Assembly: GCA_012295275.1 (NCBI GenBank)
Contig: CM022679.1
Location: 868,001-932,000, forward strand
Length of the DNA stretch: 64,000 nt
Source: Chrysomallon squamiferum
Taxonomy: Eukaryota; Animalia; Mollusca
Direction of reading: 5' to 3'
Below the pieces are notes generated by a model. The model did not search any database. It worked only from the letters and a program-made list of their open reading frames with translations, and had not been told where the DNA came from. Below are positions 1 to 14,400 of this stretch, in pieces. Numbering within the stretch: position 1 is the first letter of the stretch; every line of letters begins with the position of its first letter. Made by a program: the position numbers and the translations under genes.

Positions 1-14
1 TTTTTATGTTCCAG

Positions 15-1781
15 AGGGTCTGTTTGAGTCTGCTGCAGTTCACCTGAATGTTGGGATGTCTGTGTCTGGTCTCAGTAAGAAGTTTGGAAATAATCTCGTT
101 GTTAACGATCTCACTGCACAGTTCTATGAGGGGCAGGTTACTGCACTGCTAGGCCACAATGGAGCTGCAAAGACCACCACAATGTAATACAGAATTTATA
201 CCATTTATTCATTTTGTTTTATTTATTTATTTTCTTTTATTATTTACATTTGTACAATTGATTTTATTTACTTACTTATTTGATCTGGTTTTTATTTGTT
301 ATTAATTTTTAGATAATATTTTTCTTTTAAAATCTATGCAAGAAAAAGAACAAAAATTAAATTAAATTATTAAGTAGAAGAAATTAATAATTAAATTAAA
401 TAATCAGTTTTCAGATTATTATTATTTTTTTTAATTATTATTATTATTTTTCACTCTTTATTTTAAAAAGATATTTACAGAACACAGGAAGTCACAGGTT
501 GTGCATACAGAGATATTTTCATAGTCAAACATATTATTTCCATTACTTCAACACACACACAAATAAAATAAGTTTTTCTCTGAAAACAAGATATCATAAA
601 TATTTCTATATTTTATTTAGAAACCTGTTGCTGGGTTTGTTGGAGCCAACCTCTGGGGAGGTTCACATTTACAACAACTATTCTGCTGAGGGTGACAGTA
701 TGATAGGAGTTTGTCCACAACACAATGCTCTTCTCCAGTAGTAAGTCTTAACTTTCTCAAAACTCAATTAACAGAAATCTATGAATCACAAAGAAAAAGA
801 TAACTTGACATGACTGCACAGAGACACATACATACAATCACACACATATCTGTGCTGAATGTAACTTAACATTCAGATGTTAAATATTTTAACAAATAAT
901 TGTTAAATTATATAATCATGCCTAACGATGATAGTATAATTATGTAAATGGTTCTTGTAAATAAAATATGAAATATATTTCTGTAAACAGTGCAATGAAA
1001 CAGTGAAATCTCTTTTATTTAATAATAATAATAATAATAATAACATTGTTACAGTATGACAGTAGAAGAACACATGTATCTCTATGCGGGTATCAAATGT
1101 AACTGGTCATCGAAGCAGAAGAAACTTGAAATACAGAGGTAAACTGATCATTTCACTTTTACCTGTAGTATCAGTGTAGTTAGAATAAACATTTTGTATG
1201 TAAATATTATTTATATACAGGAGTAAATATCAGAGTAGAGTATCAGTGTAGAATTAACATCTAATTAAGAAAATTAAATTCAAAATAAACTATTAATTCA
1301 GTTAATGTGTGAATACTAAAAATGAAATCACAGAATTTGTTTGTATGATTAATTAATATACAAATAAAATGATAAATTAAAGTTTTTAATGACAACTTAA
1401 ATTCAAAATTTAGTCTATATTTACTTCAGTTAAAAAAATCTAAATAAAATATTTTAGAAATTAATTTAATCATCTTTTATTTTTTTGAGAAAGTAGGATA
1501 TTTACCATTTGAAATTTTTTTTAAATTAATTTAAAAATTTTAAATTAAATTATTAGTCTGCTACAAGATGTTGACCTGTGGCACGTGCGTGACGTTGTTG
1601 TGTCAACGTTGTCAGGAGGGATGCAGCGACGCCTCTGCGTGGCTCTGGCCTTTGTTGGTGGTTCAAGAGCGATTGTCCTGGACGAGCCAACCAGTGGAAT
1701 TGATCCCAGTACCAGAAAGAGTATCTGGAATCTGATTAGCAGAAACAAACCTGGTACAGAGTTTCTTCAGTTTTATACTGT

Positions 1782-1813
<32 letters not shown>

Positions 1814-4204
1814 CTGTGTGTGTGTGTCTGTGTGTGTGTATAATTCAATGCAATCATAGTGATATGCATGACTGTGTGTCTTTGTCTCTGTGTGTTTCTC
1901 TGTTGTTTTTTGTGTGTATGTCTGTGTTTGTATATGAATGTGAATGTAGGTGTGTCAATACTTATCAATGTGTAAATATGAATGTGTATGTAGGTATGTA
2001 TTAACATATCTTTGATATGTGTGTATGGTAATGTATGATTATTAATGTGTGTGTAAATGTTCATATAAATGTATATATGTGAATATCTGTGTACTAATAA
2101 TATGTCTGTATGTTAATGTCTCTATGTGAGTCTTTTTCAATGTGTGTATAATTATCAGTGTGTATAATTATCAGTGTGTATATGGATGTCTGTGTGTATG
2201 TGTGTGTGTATTTTAATACAACTTTAGAGGAGCCTGTTTGTGAGAGAAGATGTTTACATGTTTTAATCACAACACAAACTGTCTTCTAGGACGTACAATT
2301 CTGCTGTCGACACATCAGATGGACGAGGCAGACAACATCGGAGACAGGATCATCGTCATGCACAAAGGTCAGCTGCTGTGTTCTGGAAGTTCCACGTTCC
2401 TCAAGCAGATGCTGGGGGGAGGATATCACCTGACAGTTGAACGAGCTCTTAACTACAATGTGAGTGTTCACTGTTTACTTTTGTTTTTCATCACATCTTT
2501 AGTACAACAGTGATTTTATAAATATTTGTGTGTATGTTAATTTCTATGGAAACAACTACAAAGCATTTCTTACAAATCAGAATTAGAATCTTGCCAAAAT
2601 GTAGAGCTGCAAGGTACACAAGGTTCATTAAACCAAATCAGTAAATAATGATATATGTGTAGAAACTAGGATTTTCTCTGCTGTTATATAAGTTCATTGG
2701 AAAATAAACATGTTGATCTTTGAAGCAGCACTGTGTGAATCACAGAAGAGTTATTGTTGTTCATGTTTTCTATTTTCAGTTTTCATCTGCATTAAACAGC
2801 AACACTAAAAGTAAGCAGGACGTTTTTAATGTTTAATTAATTATCAAATTAAAAAGAGTAATTTGAAATCATCAAAAAAAAAATATATTATTTTAAAAAG
2901 GGGACATTTTAAAAGACATTTTTACATTTAATTTTTTTGTATTACATTTGTTTTGATATTTTTGTTATTGTTGCTATTTTTTATGATTGTTGTTGTTGTT
3001 ATATTATTATTATTATCATTATTATTATTATTATTACTGTTATTATTATTTATACTATTTTTAAATTATATCAAATACTATTGTTTTAATAATTGTTGGT
3101 ATTCTTGATATTATTATTATTAATGTTATTGTTATTATTATTATTATTGCTATTATTATTATTATTATTAGTAGTAGTAGTAAAATTAGATTTAGAATGA
3201 AAATGTTGTATTTAAAGAGTAAATTAGAACCATTATTGCAGCATATTCTGAACACCATTATACAGAAATATTTAACAAACACCATAATCACATTACATAC
3301 TGTGTGGACATTTATACATTTTTTTGATATTTGAGATGTGTCTGTACATCAAATACACAGGTAGATGTCATACAGAGAGATTAGTGTATTTCTAATATTT
3401 GTTTTTACACCCAGGCTACTGCAATACAGAGAGATTAGTGTATTTCTAATATTTGTTTTTACACCAGGCTGCTGCAATACAGAGAGATTAGTGTATTTCT
3501 AATATTTGTTTTTACACCCAGGCTACTGCAATACAGAGAGATTAGTGTATTTCTAATATTTGTTTTTACACCCAGGCTACTGCAATACAGAGAGATTAGT
3601 GTATTTCTAATATTTGTTTTTACACCCAGGCTACTGCAATACAGAGAGATTAGTGTATTTCTAATATTTGTTTTTACACCCAGGCTACTGCAATACAGAG
3701 AGATTAGTGTATTTCTAATATTTGTTTTTACACCAGGCTACTGCAACAGCCAGGCTGTCCTCAACTTCATTCACCGCTTCCTGCCCAGCGCTGAGCTGGT
3801 GGAGGAGGTGGGTACAGAAATTGTGATTCATCTGCCCTACGAGGACAGACAGGTGACCCCATTTCACCAGTTCTTCAGCGAGCTGGACCAGAACCAGGAC
3901 AGTTTGTGTATCTCGTCATACGGAGTGTCAGACACAACCCTGGAAGACGTAAGTATAACAAACATCCACTGCCAGGACTTGAACTCAGACCCTGAGCATT
4001 AATTTAGAATCATGTTAAACTATCATTTGTGAATTCTGCAGCTATCTTTTATTCTTTATTATTTGTTGTATTATTGATGTTGTTGTTTTCATTATTTTTT
4101 ACTATTATTTATGAACTATTCTTTAATAAGATCTTCACTATTTGTTTGTTTGTTTATTTATTTATTTATTTATTTATTTATTATTATTATTGTTATTGTT
4201 ATTA

Positions 4205-4241
<37 letters not shown>

Positions 4242-5464
4242 ATTATTATTATTATTATTATTGTTACTATTAGTGTTGTTATTATTATCATTATTATTAG
4301 TGTTATTATTGGTGTTGTTATTATTATTATTACCTGTTACCTGTATTACCTGTGTGTTTTTTCAGGTGTTTCTGAAGATAACGAGTCTGGCTGATGAAGG
4401 TGTAAAGATAACAGAGGAGAGTCTGAAGTCTAGACACAGTCAGACAAACACTGACACTATATCTGAACTCAGCCAGGGTAACATCTTTTATAACATCCCT
4501 TCATCAACACATGATCTATAACACATCCCTTCATCAACTCATGATCTATAACACATCCCTTCATCAACTCATGATTTAAATCACATCCCTTCATCAACTC
4601 ATGATCTATAACATCCCTTCATCAACACATGATTTAAATGACATCCCTTCATCAACTCATGATCTATAACACATCCCTTCATCAACACATGATCTAAAAT
4701 CACATCCCTTCATCAACTCATGATCTATAACACATCCCTTCATCAACTCATGATCTATAACACATCCCTTCATCAACTCATGATCTATAACACATCCCTT
4801 CATCAACTCATGATCTATAACACATCCCTTCATCAACTCATGATCTATAACACATCCCTTCATCAACTCATGATCTAAAATCACATCCCTTCATCAACAT
4901 GTGATTTAAAATCACATCCCTTCAACAACACAGTCATATGCTTGTATAGTGTATCTTTAATATATTAAGAGTGATTCTGTAATTAACACTGTACTACTAA
5001 TAAACTGATACTGTTTATCACATATTTATCTTCTCATTAAAATCATACTTCATTCACTTCTTGTTGCTCTAGACTCTAGTGTTGTTATTATTAACACTAC
5101 ACCTGTAATTGACACAGGTACTAACGTGTTTGAACTGTTTTTCTAGAGACTGCAGGTACATCGGCTGACCCTGCATCTCGTGTAACTGGCTGCTCTCTGA
5201 AAACACAGCAGTTTGCAGCGCTGATGCTCAAACGACTACATCACTACCGACGTGACTGGCGTTCTCTCATCACCATCATCATTCTCCCCTTCATGCTCTT
5301 TCTGATGGCAATGGGCTTTGCCCTGATTCGACCAAGTGACTCTGACATGCCAAGTCTCCTCATAACTCCAGCCTTGTATGGTCCTGACAACTACATGTTT
5401 ATTAAGTAAGTACACACAGTGGCAGTAGTAGTAGTAGTTGTAGTAATAATAGTAATGATAATAG

Positions 5465-5504
<40 letters not shown>

Positions 5505-5538
5505 GATAATGGTAATGGTAATGGTAATGGTAATGGTA

Positions 5539-5582
<44 letters not shown>

Positions 5583-8500
5583 AAATGTGACTTGATGAAA
5601 AAGTATGTGCAGATGAATTGAATGTAGCTATGTAGATAGATATATTTCATTAATGCAACACATCCCAAAACATTATTTTATTAGTAGATTTGAATTAAAA
5701 AAAATGCTTTATAAAAAAATTTTATAGCTTAGAAAATAACATATTTTACAATTAAATATTCATACATATTTTAAAGGTGAGTATACAGAATAGTAACAGT
5801 AATGTATAAGGAATTTTTCTTTCTTTCATTTAGTTCATTTTTCCGTTGTGAAAGTGTAATAAAAGAACTTTAAGTGGTAATGTTTTTAAATTAGTTTCTT
5901 GTGAAATATTGTCTGCTGTTTGGTTTCAGAGACGGGTATGGAGGTTCTAATCCTGTCAGTAACAAGTTACAAACTGCTTTCACGTCAGAGCCTGGCATTG
6001 GAACGACGTGCATGGACGACTTTCCATCACAGTTAGTGTCTTTTTTATTTATTTATTTATTTATTTATTTATTTTTTATTATTATTTTTTTTAATGTTTC
6101 TTTTTTGAGTTTTTGTTAGTTTTGTTTCCTGTTTATTTTATTTTAATTTATTTATTTTATTTTTTGTTGGGTTATTTTTTATGTATTTATTGAATTTTTA
6201 TTTATGTATTTTTTTGTTATAAATGATTATTTTATTTTATTATTTTTATTATTATTTTTTTTTAACATATTATTTTACTGTTATTTAGTTCTTTGTTCTT
6301 GATTCATTAAATTATTTATATTTTTTATTCATATGATTTCATTTTTTCTTTTACTTTTTAAAATATATTTATTTATTTATATTTTTATTTATTTATTATT
6401 CTGTTTTTAATTATAATTGATACAGTTATTTTAACTCTATTTAATTATTAACTGTAATATTTTTATTTTATAAATGTTGGGATTTATTGTTTTAATTTAA
6501 TTATTTATTGTTTTTTATTCATTTTTTATTTATTATAATTTTTCATTAATTTACTTATTTGCAACATTTATTATTATTTTAACAATATTTGTATTTTACT
6601 TTTATATTTTGTCTGTCAGTCATTAAAATATTTATTATTTGTTTATTTTTAATGTTGCTTTTTTGATATTCTATTTTGTTATTAACTAATTCTTTTTTTT
6701 ACTTATTTACAATATTTATCATTTAAACATTTTTTTCATAACTAAATTATTTACAGCAATTAGTTTCATGCTATTGTTTGTTTATTTATTTATTTATTTA
6801 TTTATGCATTTCCAATATTTATTATTAGTTTAATATTATTTATTGTTGTTGTTGTTAGTATCTTAACAACATATATATATATTTTTTTTTTATATTTAAG
6901 ATATTGTTTAGATTATTTCCTGTCTTATAATTAAAACTATTTATATTTATAATTCACTCACTTTATTCTATTTCAATATCTAATTTTTATTTATTTTTTT
7001 TTTGAAAATATTTATTATTATTATTACTTTACAATAATTACTTTCTTTTCAAATCTTTTCAAAGTTATAATAATAAATAATGCAAATATGAACTTTTAAT
7101 AATAAAAAAACATAATTAAATAAAATAATAAATAAATAACAATAAATAATTTAGTGAATCAAGAATAAAGATCTTGTTAACTAAATCAGTAAATGCAAAA
7201 TATTTAAAAAAAATTAAAAACAAAATAAAAAATAAAAATAAAATAGTAAAATGTTTTTAAATATGACAGTTCGCGAAGTGACTATATTGTAATATAATTT
7301 ATTTTAGACTGAAACAAAAGTTTGAGTGCCGAAGTCAAGGCAGGAATTTCACACAGAAACCATACACACTCAACCCTGAGGCTAAATGTCAGTGTTGGAA
7401 CTGGCAACAGAGGTGTGACCCAGGGGCAGACTTTCCCCCTCCCCCAGAGCTGCCAGAGATGACAGGAAATATTTTACAGAAACTAGAGGGACGCGATGTG
7501 TCTGATTATCTGTTGAAAAGTTTCAACAAGTTTATAGAACTGAGGTGAGTACTAGCATGAAATACCATCATCATTGAAAACACCAGACTGGTATTTGAAA
7601 TAATGCAAAGGATTGAAATACCTCAAAGAGGAAATACTGTAATGATTTTAAATATCAAACGTCTTGAGTTAACATAATGCCATGAAAATACTGTAGAGAC
7701 AAAATACCATACTGGCTTGCAAATTCCATAGTAACTTCATATATCATAATGACAGAAATGATATAATGGCTGGAAATATGCCACAATTACTTGAAATACT
7801 ATAAAGACAAAATGTCTTTTTGGGCTGAAAATACCATAATAGCCTACAAATATCATAAAGGCTTGAAATATGGTATTTTGGTTAAAGAAATGAAATAACC
7901 TCATTGGCTTGAAATACCGTGGCTAGTTTTATTTCACACAGATATGGAGGGTGGTCAGTGGAAGAAGCAGAAGAAGATACAGGAAATGAAACATCAGTTC
8001 AAGTCTGGTTCAACAACAAAGGTTACCACGCTCTTCCATCTTTCTTCAACGGCTACAGCAACGCACTTCTCAGAGCCAACGTTGACCCTGCAGACAAACC
8101 AGCCGAATTTGGTTAGAATAAACAAATACATTTATTTCTATTCTATTAACAGACCTTTTTTTTTTTTTTTTCTTTAATAGCATAAGACAGCTTCTACATT
8201 TCCAAATAATTATATTAATTTTTTGGTGTGTTGTTATCTTTTGGCAAGTATTCTTAACTAAAAGTAAAGTATTAAAAAAATAACAAGTCCAGGAATATGC
8301 AACAGATTTTTCTCTTTATAATGAATTATTTCTTATCTGAAATGAAAGAAACAACAACAAAACAATCCTCCTACTTGTGTGATGCAGTGGCAATGATATT
8401 TATTTGATACTTTTTATTTGTTTTTCAGGCATCACAACTTACAGTCACCCAATCACTCTGCATCCTCTCCAGCTGTCCTTTGAAAACCTGTAAGCTGTTT

Positions 8501-11446
8501 CTTTTTGTGAAATACAATTTGAACATAAAGTTCTTTCTTTATTTATTTATTATTACTTCTTTTTTCCCTAGTAATTCTGAAACCTGAAAATATCTTTTTT
8601 CACTGAAACTTTCTATTTAACAGTTATGTGTTCTGTTTTTACACAGTGGAGCTCAGTCGGCAGACGCTGGTATTGCGCTGGTGATGTTGTTGGCGTATTC
8701 CTTCATCCCTGCAGCGTTGATGATCTACTTGGTCAATGAACGACTGCACAAAGAAAAACAGATGCAGTTTATCAGTGGTGTGAGACCTCTCATGTATTGG
8801 ACAGCAGCCTTCATCTGGGACCTGGTAATACCACTACTACTACTACTACTACAACTACAACAACTGCTGCTACTACTACCACTACTACAACTACTATCAC
8901 CACTACCACTCTACTGCTAACACTACTACTACTACCACCTACTATTCCTACTACTACTACTATTATTACTACCTCTAGTAATTATAATAATAACAACACT
9001 AATGATAATAATAGATATAATAATACTAGCTACAATAATAATAATAATAATTATAATAATAGTAACAACAATAACAATAATAGTAGTAATAGCAATAATA
9101 GTAATAACTATAACAATAAAAGTAATAGTAATAATAAAAGTAATAAAAAAAATAATAATGATGAATAATAATATAGTGATAATAATAATGATTTAGTAGT
9201 TTTAATAATAAATTTAATTATAAATTATCATACTATTATATTATTATATTAATAGTAAGAATAATATTAATACAATAATATAATAATGACAAATGGTGTT
9301 CATTTTATTTTTTTGAAAGCATAAATTAGTTAAAATACTAAATGTCACAAAGATATATTACAGATTTCATAAAAATAGCTAATATATATATATATATATT
9401 TATATTTTCTTTTCTTTTATTTATTATTATTATTTTTTCTTTTCTAGCTAATCTATACTGTCACTGTTGTTCTTCTGCTTGTCGCCATAGCGATATTCAG
9501 GAATGGAGCATACTGGGAATTTCACAATTTACCTGCTACTTTGTCTTTGGTTCTCCTGTTTGGGTAAGTTAGACAACATTTAAATTTCAAAATAAACAAA
9601 TCTTTTATTATTGTTATTATTGTTGTTATTATTATTATTATTATTATTATTGTATATATTCAGTCAGTCACAATATTAATGGTAGAAACAAATAAAGCTA
9701 TTTCTGGAAAACTCTATTTGAATTTTAAATTTGCTTCTGTTAATAATAACTATTTATATTTTACAATATTTATTATTTATTTTTTATTTTTAGCATGTAT
9801 GCAGTAATACTAGTAATATAAATAAATAATTTATTTTATGCATTATGAAGGTGTGGGATACCTGCTATAGATAATATGTATACATATATGTGTACAAAGA
9901 TTATGCAGATATGTATTATAATGATATGTATTTTGATACAGGTGGGCAGTGATACCTATGATGTACTGCACACTGCGGCTGTTTTCAAGTCCATCATCGG
10001 CGTACATGGTATTGTTCTGTACAAACATGTTCATCGGCCTCGTTACTGTGATTTTAATTGTTGTTCTGACTCTGTTTCAAAATGACAAAACATACAATGT
10101 GAGTATTTTAAACATTTGCCCTTGATTCTAATCTGTTTTAAATAGGCTTCATGATACAATGAGAATGAAATGATATTCTCAAAATAATAATAATAATAAT
10201 AATAATAATAATTTGAACCATATCTAAATTCAGTTTATTGACATTTTAAAATTTAGTTTAAATACCTGTCAAGTTCTGTCATTAGAAATATCTGTTTAAT
10301 TATGTAGTCTCGTAAACAATTTACAATTCCTGTTATTAATTTTCAGATGTTTAAAAGCGAGACAGAGATTCTGAAGAATGTGTTCCTGATATTCCCACAA
10401 TTCTGCCTGGGCCAGGGTCTAATTGACCTCACTTCGAACTACTTCATGTACAAACTGTTCATCAGATATGGTGAAAACAAGTACAAAGAACCATTCACTT
10501 TTGATGCTATTGGGTGGAAACTGGTTGCATTGGCTATTGAAGGTGTTGTGTTCTTCATACTCAACCTTCTCATTGATAGCATGAAAGAATCACTGATCAG
10601 GTAAATCTTTTGTGTCATTGTTAGAATTTTAATATTTATCATTTTGTTAGAATTTCAGTTGTTTTCACATTGTTAGAATTTGACTTGTTATCATTTTGTT
10701 AGAATTTAAGTTTTCCTCTTTTTTAGAATTTCAGTTATTATCATGTCATTAGAACTTGAATTACTATCAAGTTGTTAGAATTTGAGCTATTATCATGCCA
10801 TTAGAACTTGAGTTACTATCAAGTTGTTAGAATTTAAGTTAACATGTTGTTAGAATTAGAGTTATTATGTTGTCTGAACTTCATTTATTTTCAGTGTTGT
10901 TATACAGATTGTTTGTTTACTTTTTACTTTTTTTCAACAAATGTTAATTTAAATGTGTTGACAGAGTGCCACATGACTTGCTCAGTGAAGTGAAGGAGGA
11001 TGATGATGTTGCAATGGAGCGGAGTCGTGTGCAACAGCATCACACTAAAGCTGACATCCTCGTTGTTGATGACCTCACCAAGGTCAGTTCTGTAACAGCT
11101 ATTTTAGTAATTTTTAAAGTAATTAACAGATATTCTGAATAGATTGAATTTTATACTTAAAAATACTGCTTCTTAAAAACAAATATATGGCTTGCTAATA
11201 ATCATGTATTATAAATCATTCAGAGTCTACAACTGTGTAGATAACATCATTTTACTTTATTTACTTCATAAAAATGAAAAGGACTGAGGGAAGACAACTA
11301 TTTTATTTTTCAGTCAAATCATAACAAGATATTACAGCAGAAATTTCTCTTAGGATGTTAACATTTGTGTAATATAATCTGTTATTATATTACTATATAA
11401 CAGAATTACCTATTAAAAGTATTATTTTTTAATGAGTATTTTAATG

Positions 11447-11480
<34 letters not shown>

Positions 11481-14400
11481 CAATTTTAAAGCAGGTACTT
11501 AAAAGGTGGAGTCATTCAAATAGTTTATATATATATATAAATATTAACTTTAAAAAAAAAAAAAAATAATAATAATAATTTTCGTTTTTTTTAATGCAGG
11601 TGTTTAAAAGAGGAAAAACTAAGTTCCTAGCAGTGGATAGACTAGCATTTGGAGTAAACAAAGGAGAGGTCAGTTTGTAGTAGACAAATCTAAAACATCT
11701 TTTATCTAAGTCACAGATGTCATTGTACATCATTGTTGTTTTACAAAGTCCTTCACAATCTGTTTTATTTTAGTCATAATATATTATTTTCTATGTTTAT
11801 ATTTTACTGAAAATTTGTTAGATATGTATGTATTTATGTATTTATAATTTATTAGTATCTCTCTCTCTCTCTGTATATATATAATTTATTATTTTACTGT
11901 TAATGTATCTGTAGTTGTCTTTTCTCTGGTATGTATCTCAGACTATTTTTAAATTTCAAATGTTTGCATGAAGAACATTCTCAACAGTTTACAACTTTCT
12001 GTTTGTTTCAGTGTTTCGGACTGCTTGGTGTTAATGGTGCAGGAAAAACAACAACATTCAGGATGATGACTGGCGACATCAGAGAATCTGCAGGAAGTGT
12101 TTTTCTCAGTGGAGAAAAGTAAATATGTTTATACCTATTTTTTATATTTTTTATATTATTATTATTTTGATTTTTTGAACACAAAAAAAAATATTTCTTC
12201 TGTTATCCATTGAAAATTAAATTAAAAGAAAATTTATTAAATAATAATAATAATAATAATAATAATAATCATAATCATCATCAATAATATAAATAATAAT
12301 AATAATAGTAACAATATTATTATTATTATTATTAAGTAATGATGATGATAGTGATAATAATATTAAATAATAATTTTAAATACTACTATTAGTAGTACTA
12401 CTGTTTACAAAGCAAATAACAACAACAATGATGATAATAATAAAAAGACTGAATTGTTTCCAGCATAAGTGGAGATTTGCAAGTGGTTCAGTCGGTTGGT
12501 TACTGTCCACAAGATGGTGGACTTGATGATCTGTTGACTGGTTCCGAGCTTCTCCACTTCCACGGGCGACTCAAAGGTTTGAGTCCTGCACAGCGAAACA
12601 AAGTGAGTTTCTAGTTACAAAACAGTTTCTAGTTACAAAACAAAGTAAGTTTCTAGTTACAAAACAAAGTGAGTTTCTAGTTACAAAACAAAGTGAGTTT
12701 CTAGTTACAAAACAGTTTCTAGTTACAAAACAAAGTGAGTTTCTTGTTACAAAACAGTTTCTAGTTACAAAACAAAGTGAGTTTCTTGTTACAAAACAGT
12801 TTCTAGTTACAAAACAAAGTGAGTTTCTAGTTACAAAACAGTTTCTAGTTACAAAATAAAGTGAGTTTCTAGTTACAAAACAGTTTCTAGTTACAAAACA
12901 AAGTAAGTTTCTAGTTACAAAACAGTTTCTAGTTACAAAACAAAGTAAGTTTCTAGTTACAAAACAGTTTCTAGTTACAAAACAGTTTCTAGTTACAAAA
13001 CAAAGTAAGTTTCTAGTTACAAAACAGTTTCTAGTTACAAAACAAAGTAAGTTTCTAAGCAAACTTTATTTTTAACATTTTAAAAAAAGAGTCTGTTTCA
13101 ACATAAACAATTTTGTTTCTAGTGTGTTACCGAACTGCTGGGCAGACTTCACTTACACGACTACGCTGACAAACCAGTGAACAACTACAGTGGAGGAACA
13201 AAACGCAAACTGTCCCTGGCCATCGCCATGATAGCAGATCCTCCCATCTTGTTCCTGGTGAGAAACCGTTTTTAAACTACAAACATTTAAATATGTTTTT
13301 CTACAACTGTTTCTGTTTGTTTGTTAAACTGTTAATAATATCATGATGATATAAAAAAGGAATGATATGCAGGCTGCTGTTTTATTTAACAACTAGAGAA
13401 CTTTTAGGTGCCCTTTCCTGGGCAAGTGTGTTCAAAAACTAGCTGATCTTTATATTTTTTACAAACAAATTATATTTTCCTGCATATTTTTATCTGTTTG
13501 TCATTTATCATTAACCATTTTAGAATATCAGTAATACTTTGTGTGTATAATGTAAATTTTTCTTTTGTTTCATTTAAAAAAAATAAAATAAAAAAATAAA
13601 ATAAAATAAAATAAAAAATTAACAAAATTTTCAAATATTACAGGATGAACCTACAACAGGAATGGATCCTGGAACCCGACGGCTGGCGTGGAAATGTATT
13701 TCTCACACTGTGAAATCAGGACAGTCTGTGGTTCTCACATCACACAGGTGCGCTGATCTAGGGGAGGAGATTAACAATTCATAACCCACCTCACTTTGAA
13801 TATAGCCTGTACAGATGTGATTGTACAGTAGTTGTTTGCTTAAAACAAAAACTAAACAGAATATTCTTTATATTGTCTTGATAAAGTGTTTATTTTAAAA
13901 TAGTTATACACAGTGTGCTGAAATAATAATTATTATTATTATACATAATTATTATTGTTATTATTATTATTATTATTATTATTACCACTATTTAACATTT
14001 GAGATTAGCTTTTATGCAGACTTCTAGATTTATATAAATGTATGTATGTATATGTGTGTATGTGTATACACACATATCCACACATACACACGTGTATATA
14101 AAATTTTACAAGTGGTGTGTAAATATGTTTTGTGGTTTCAGTATGAGTGAGTGTGATGCTCTGTGTTCGAGACTGGCTATAATGGTCAACGGCAGATTCA
14201 TGTGTCTGGGCAGTGGTCAACATCTGAAAAACAAGTAAGAGTCAAAAATAACTTTTGTTTTTTAAATAAGTGTTTTATAAATTCTGTGATGTGCACTGTG
14301 TTTGTTCATTTGTTAGTAGTTGACTTGAAAAGGACAGTGAAAGTGAATGCCAAAGAGAGAGAATGAGTGATGGAGAAAGTGAAGGAGAAACAGAGAAAAG

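Noticed and set aside
5073-5117. Possible 45-nt in-frame cassette exon (ctctag|actct...acacag|gtacta)
   Set aside because: It would leave only a 29-nt intron before acceptor 5146; gtactaac is better explained as the consensus branch point TACTAAC of that acceptor.
7550-7925. Degenerate ttgaaataccat repeats filling an ABCA intron as another junction-derived array
   Set aside because: Too decayed to define a unit or show homology to either splice junction.
3061-9196. Poly-Ile/Leu/Asn/Thr ORFs (3061, 4029, 5402, 8797, 9002; likewise 55408, 57635, 59993)
   Set aside because: (ATT)n, (ACT)n, (TA)n and (GT)n microsatellites in introns or UTRs.
12571-13062. 163-aa minus-strand ORF (CFVTRN)n and similar ORFs at 4657, 14625 and 41609
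   Set aside because: Translations of minisatellites with no independent coding evidence.
13743-13812. Possible tiny MITE (acagg...gatctagggg...cctgt) overlapping the donor at 13747
   Set aside because: The inverted match is only about 5 bp and there is no second copy in the window.
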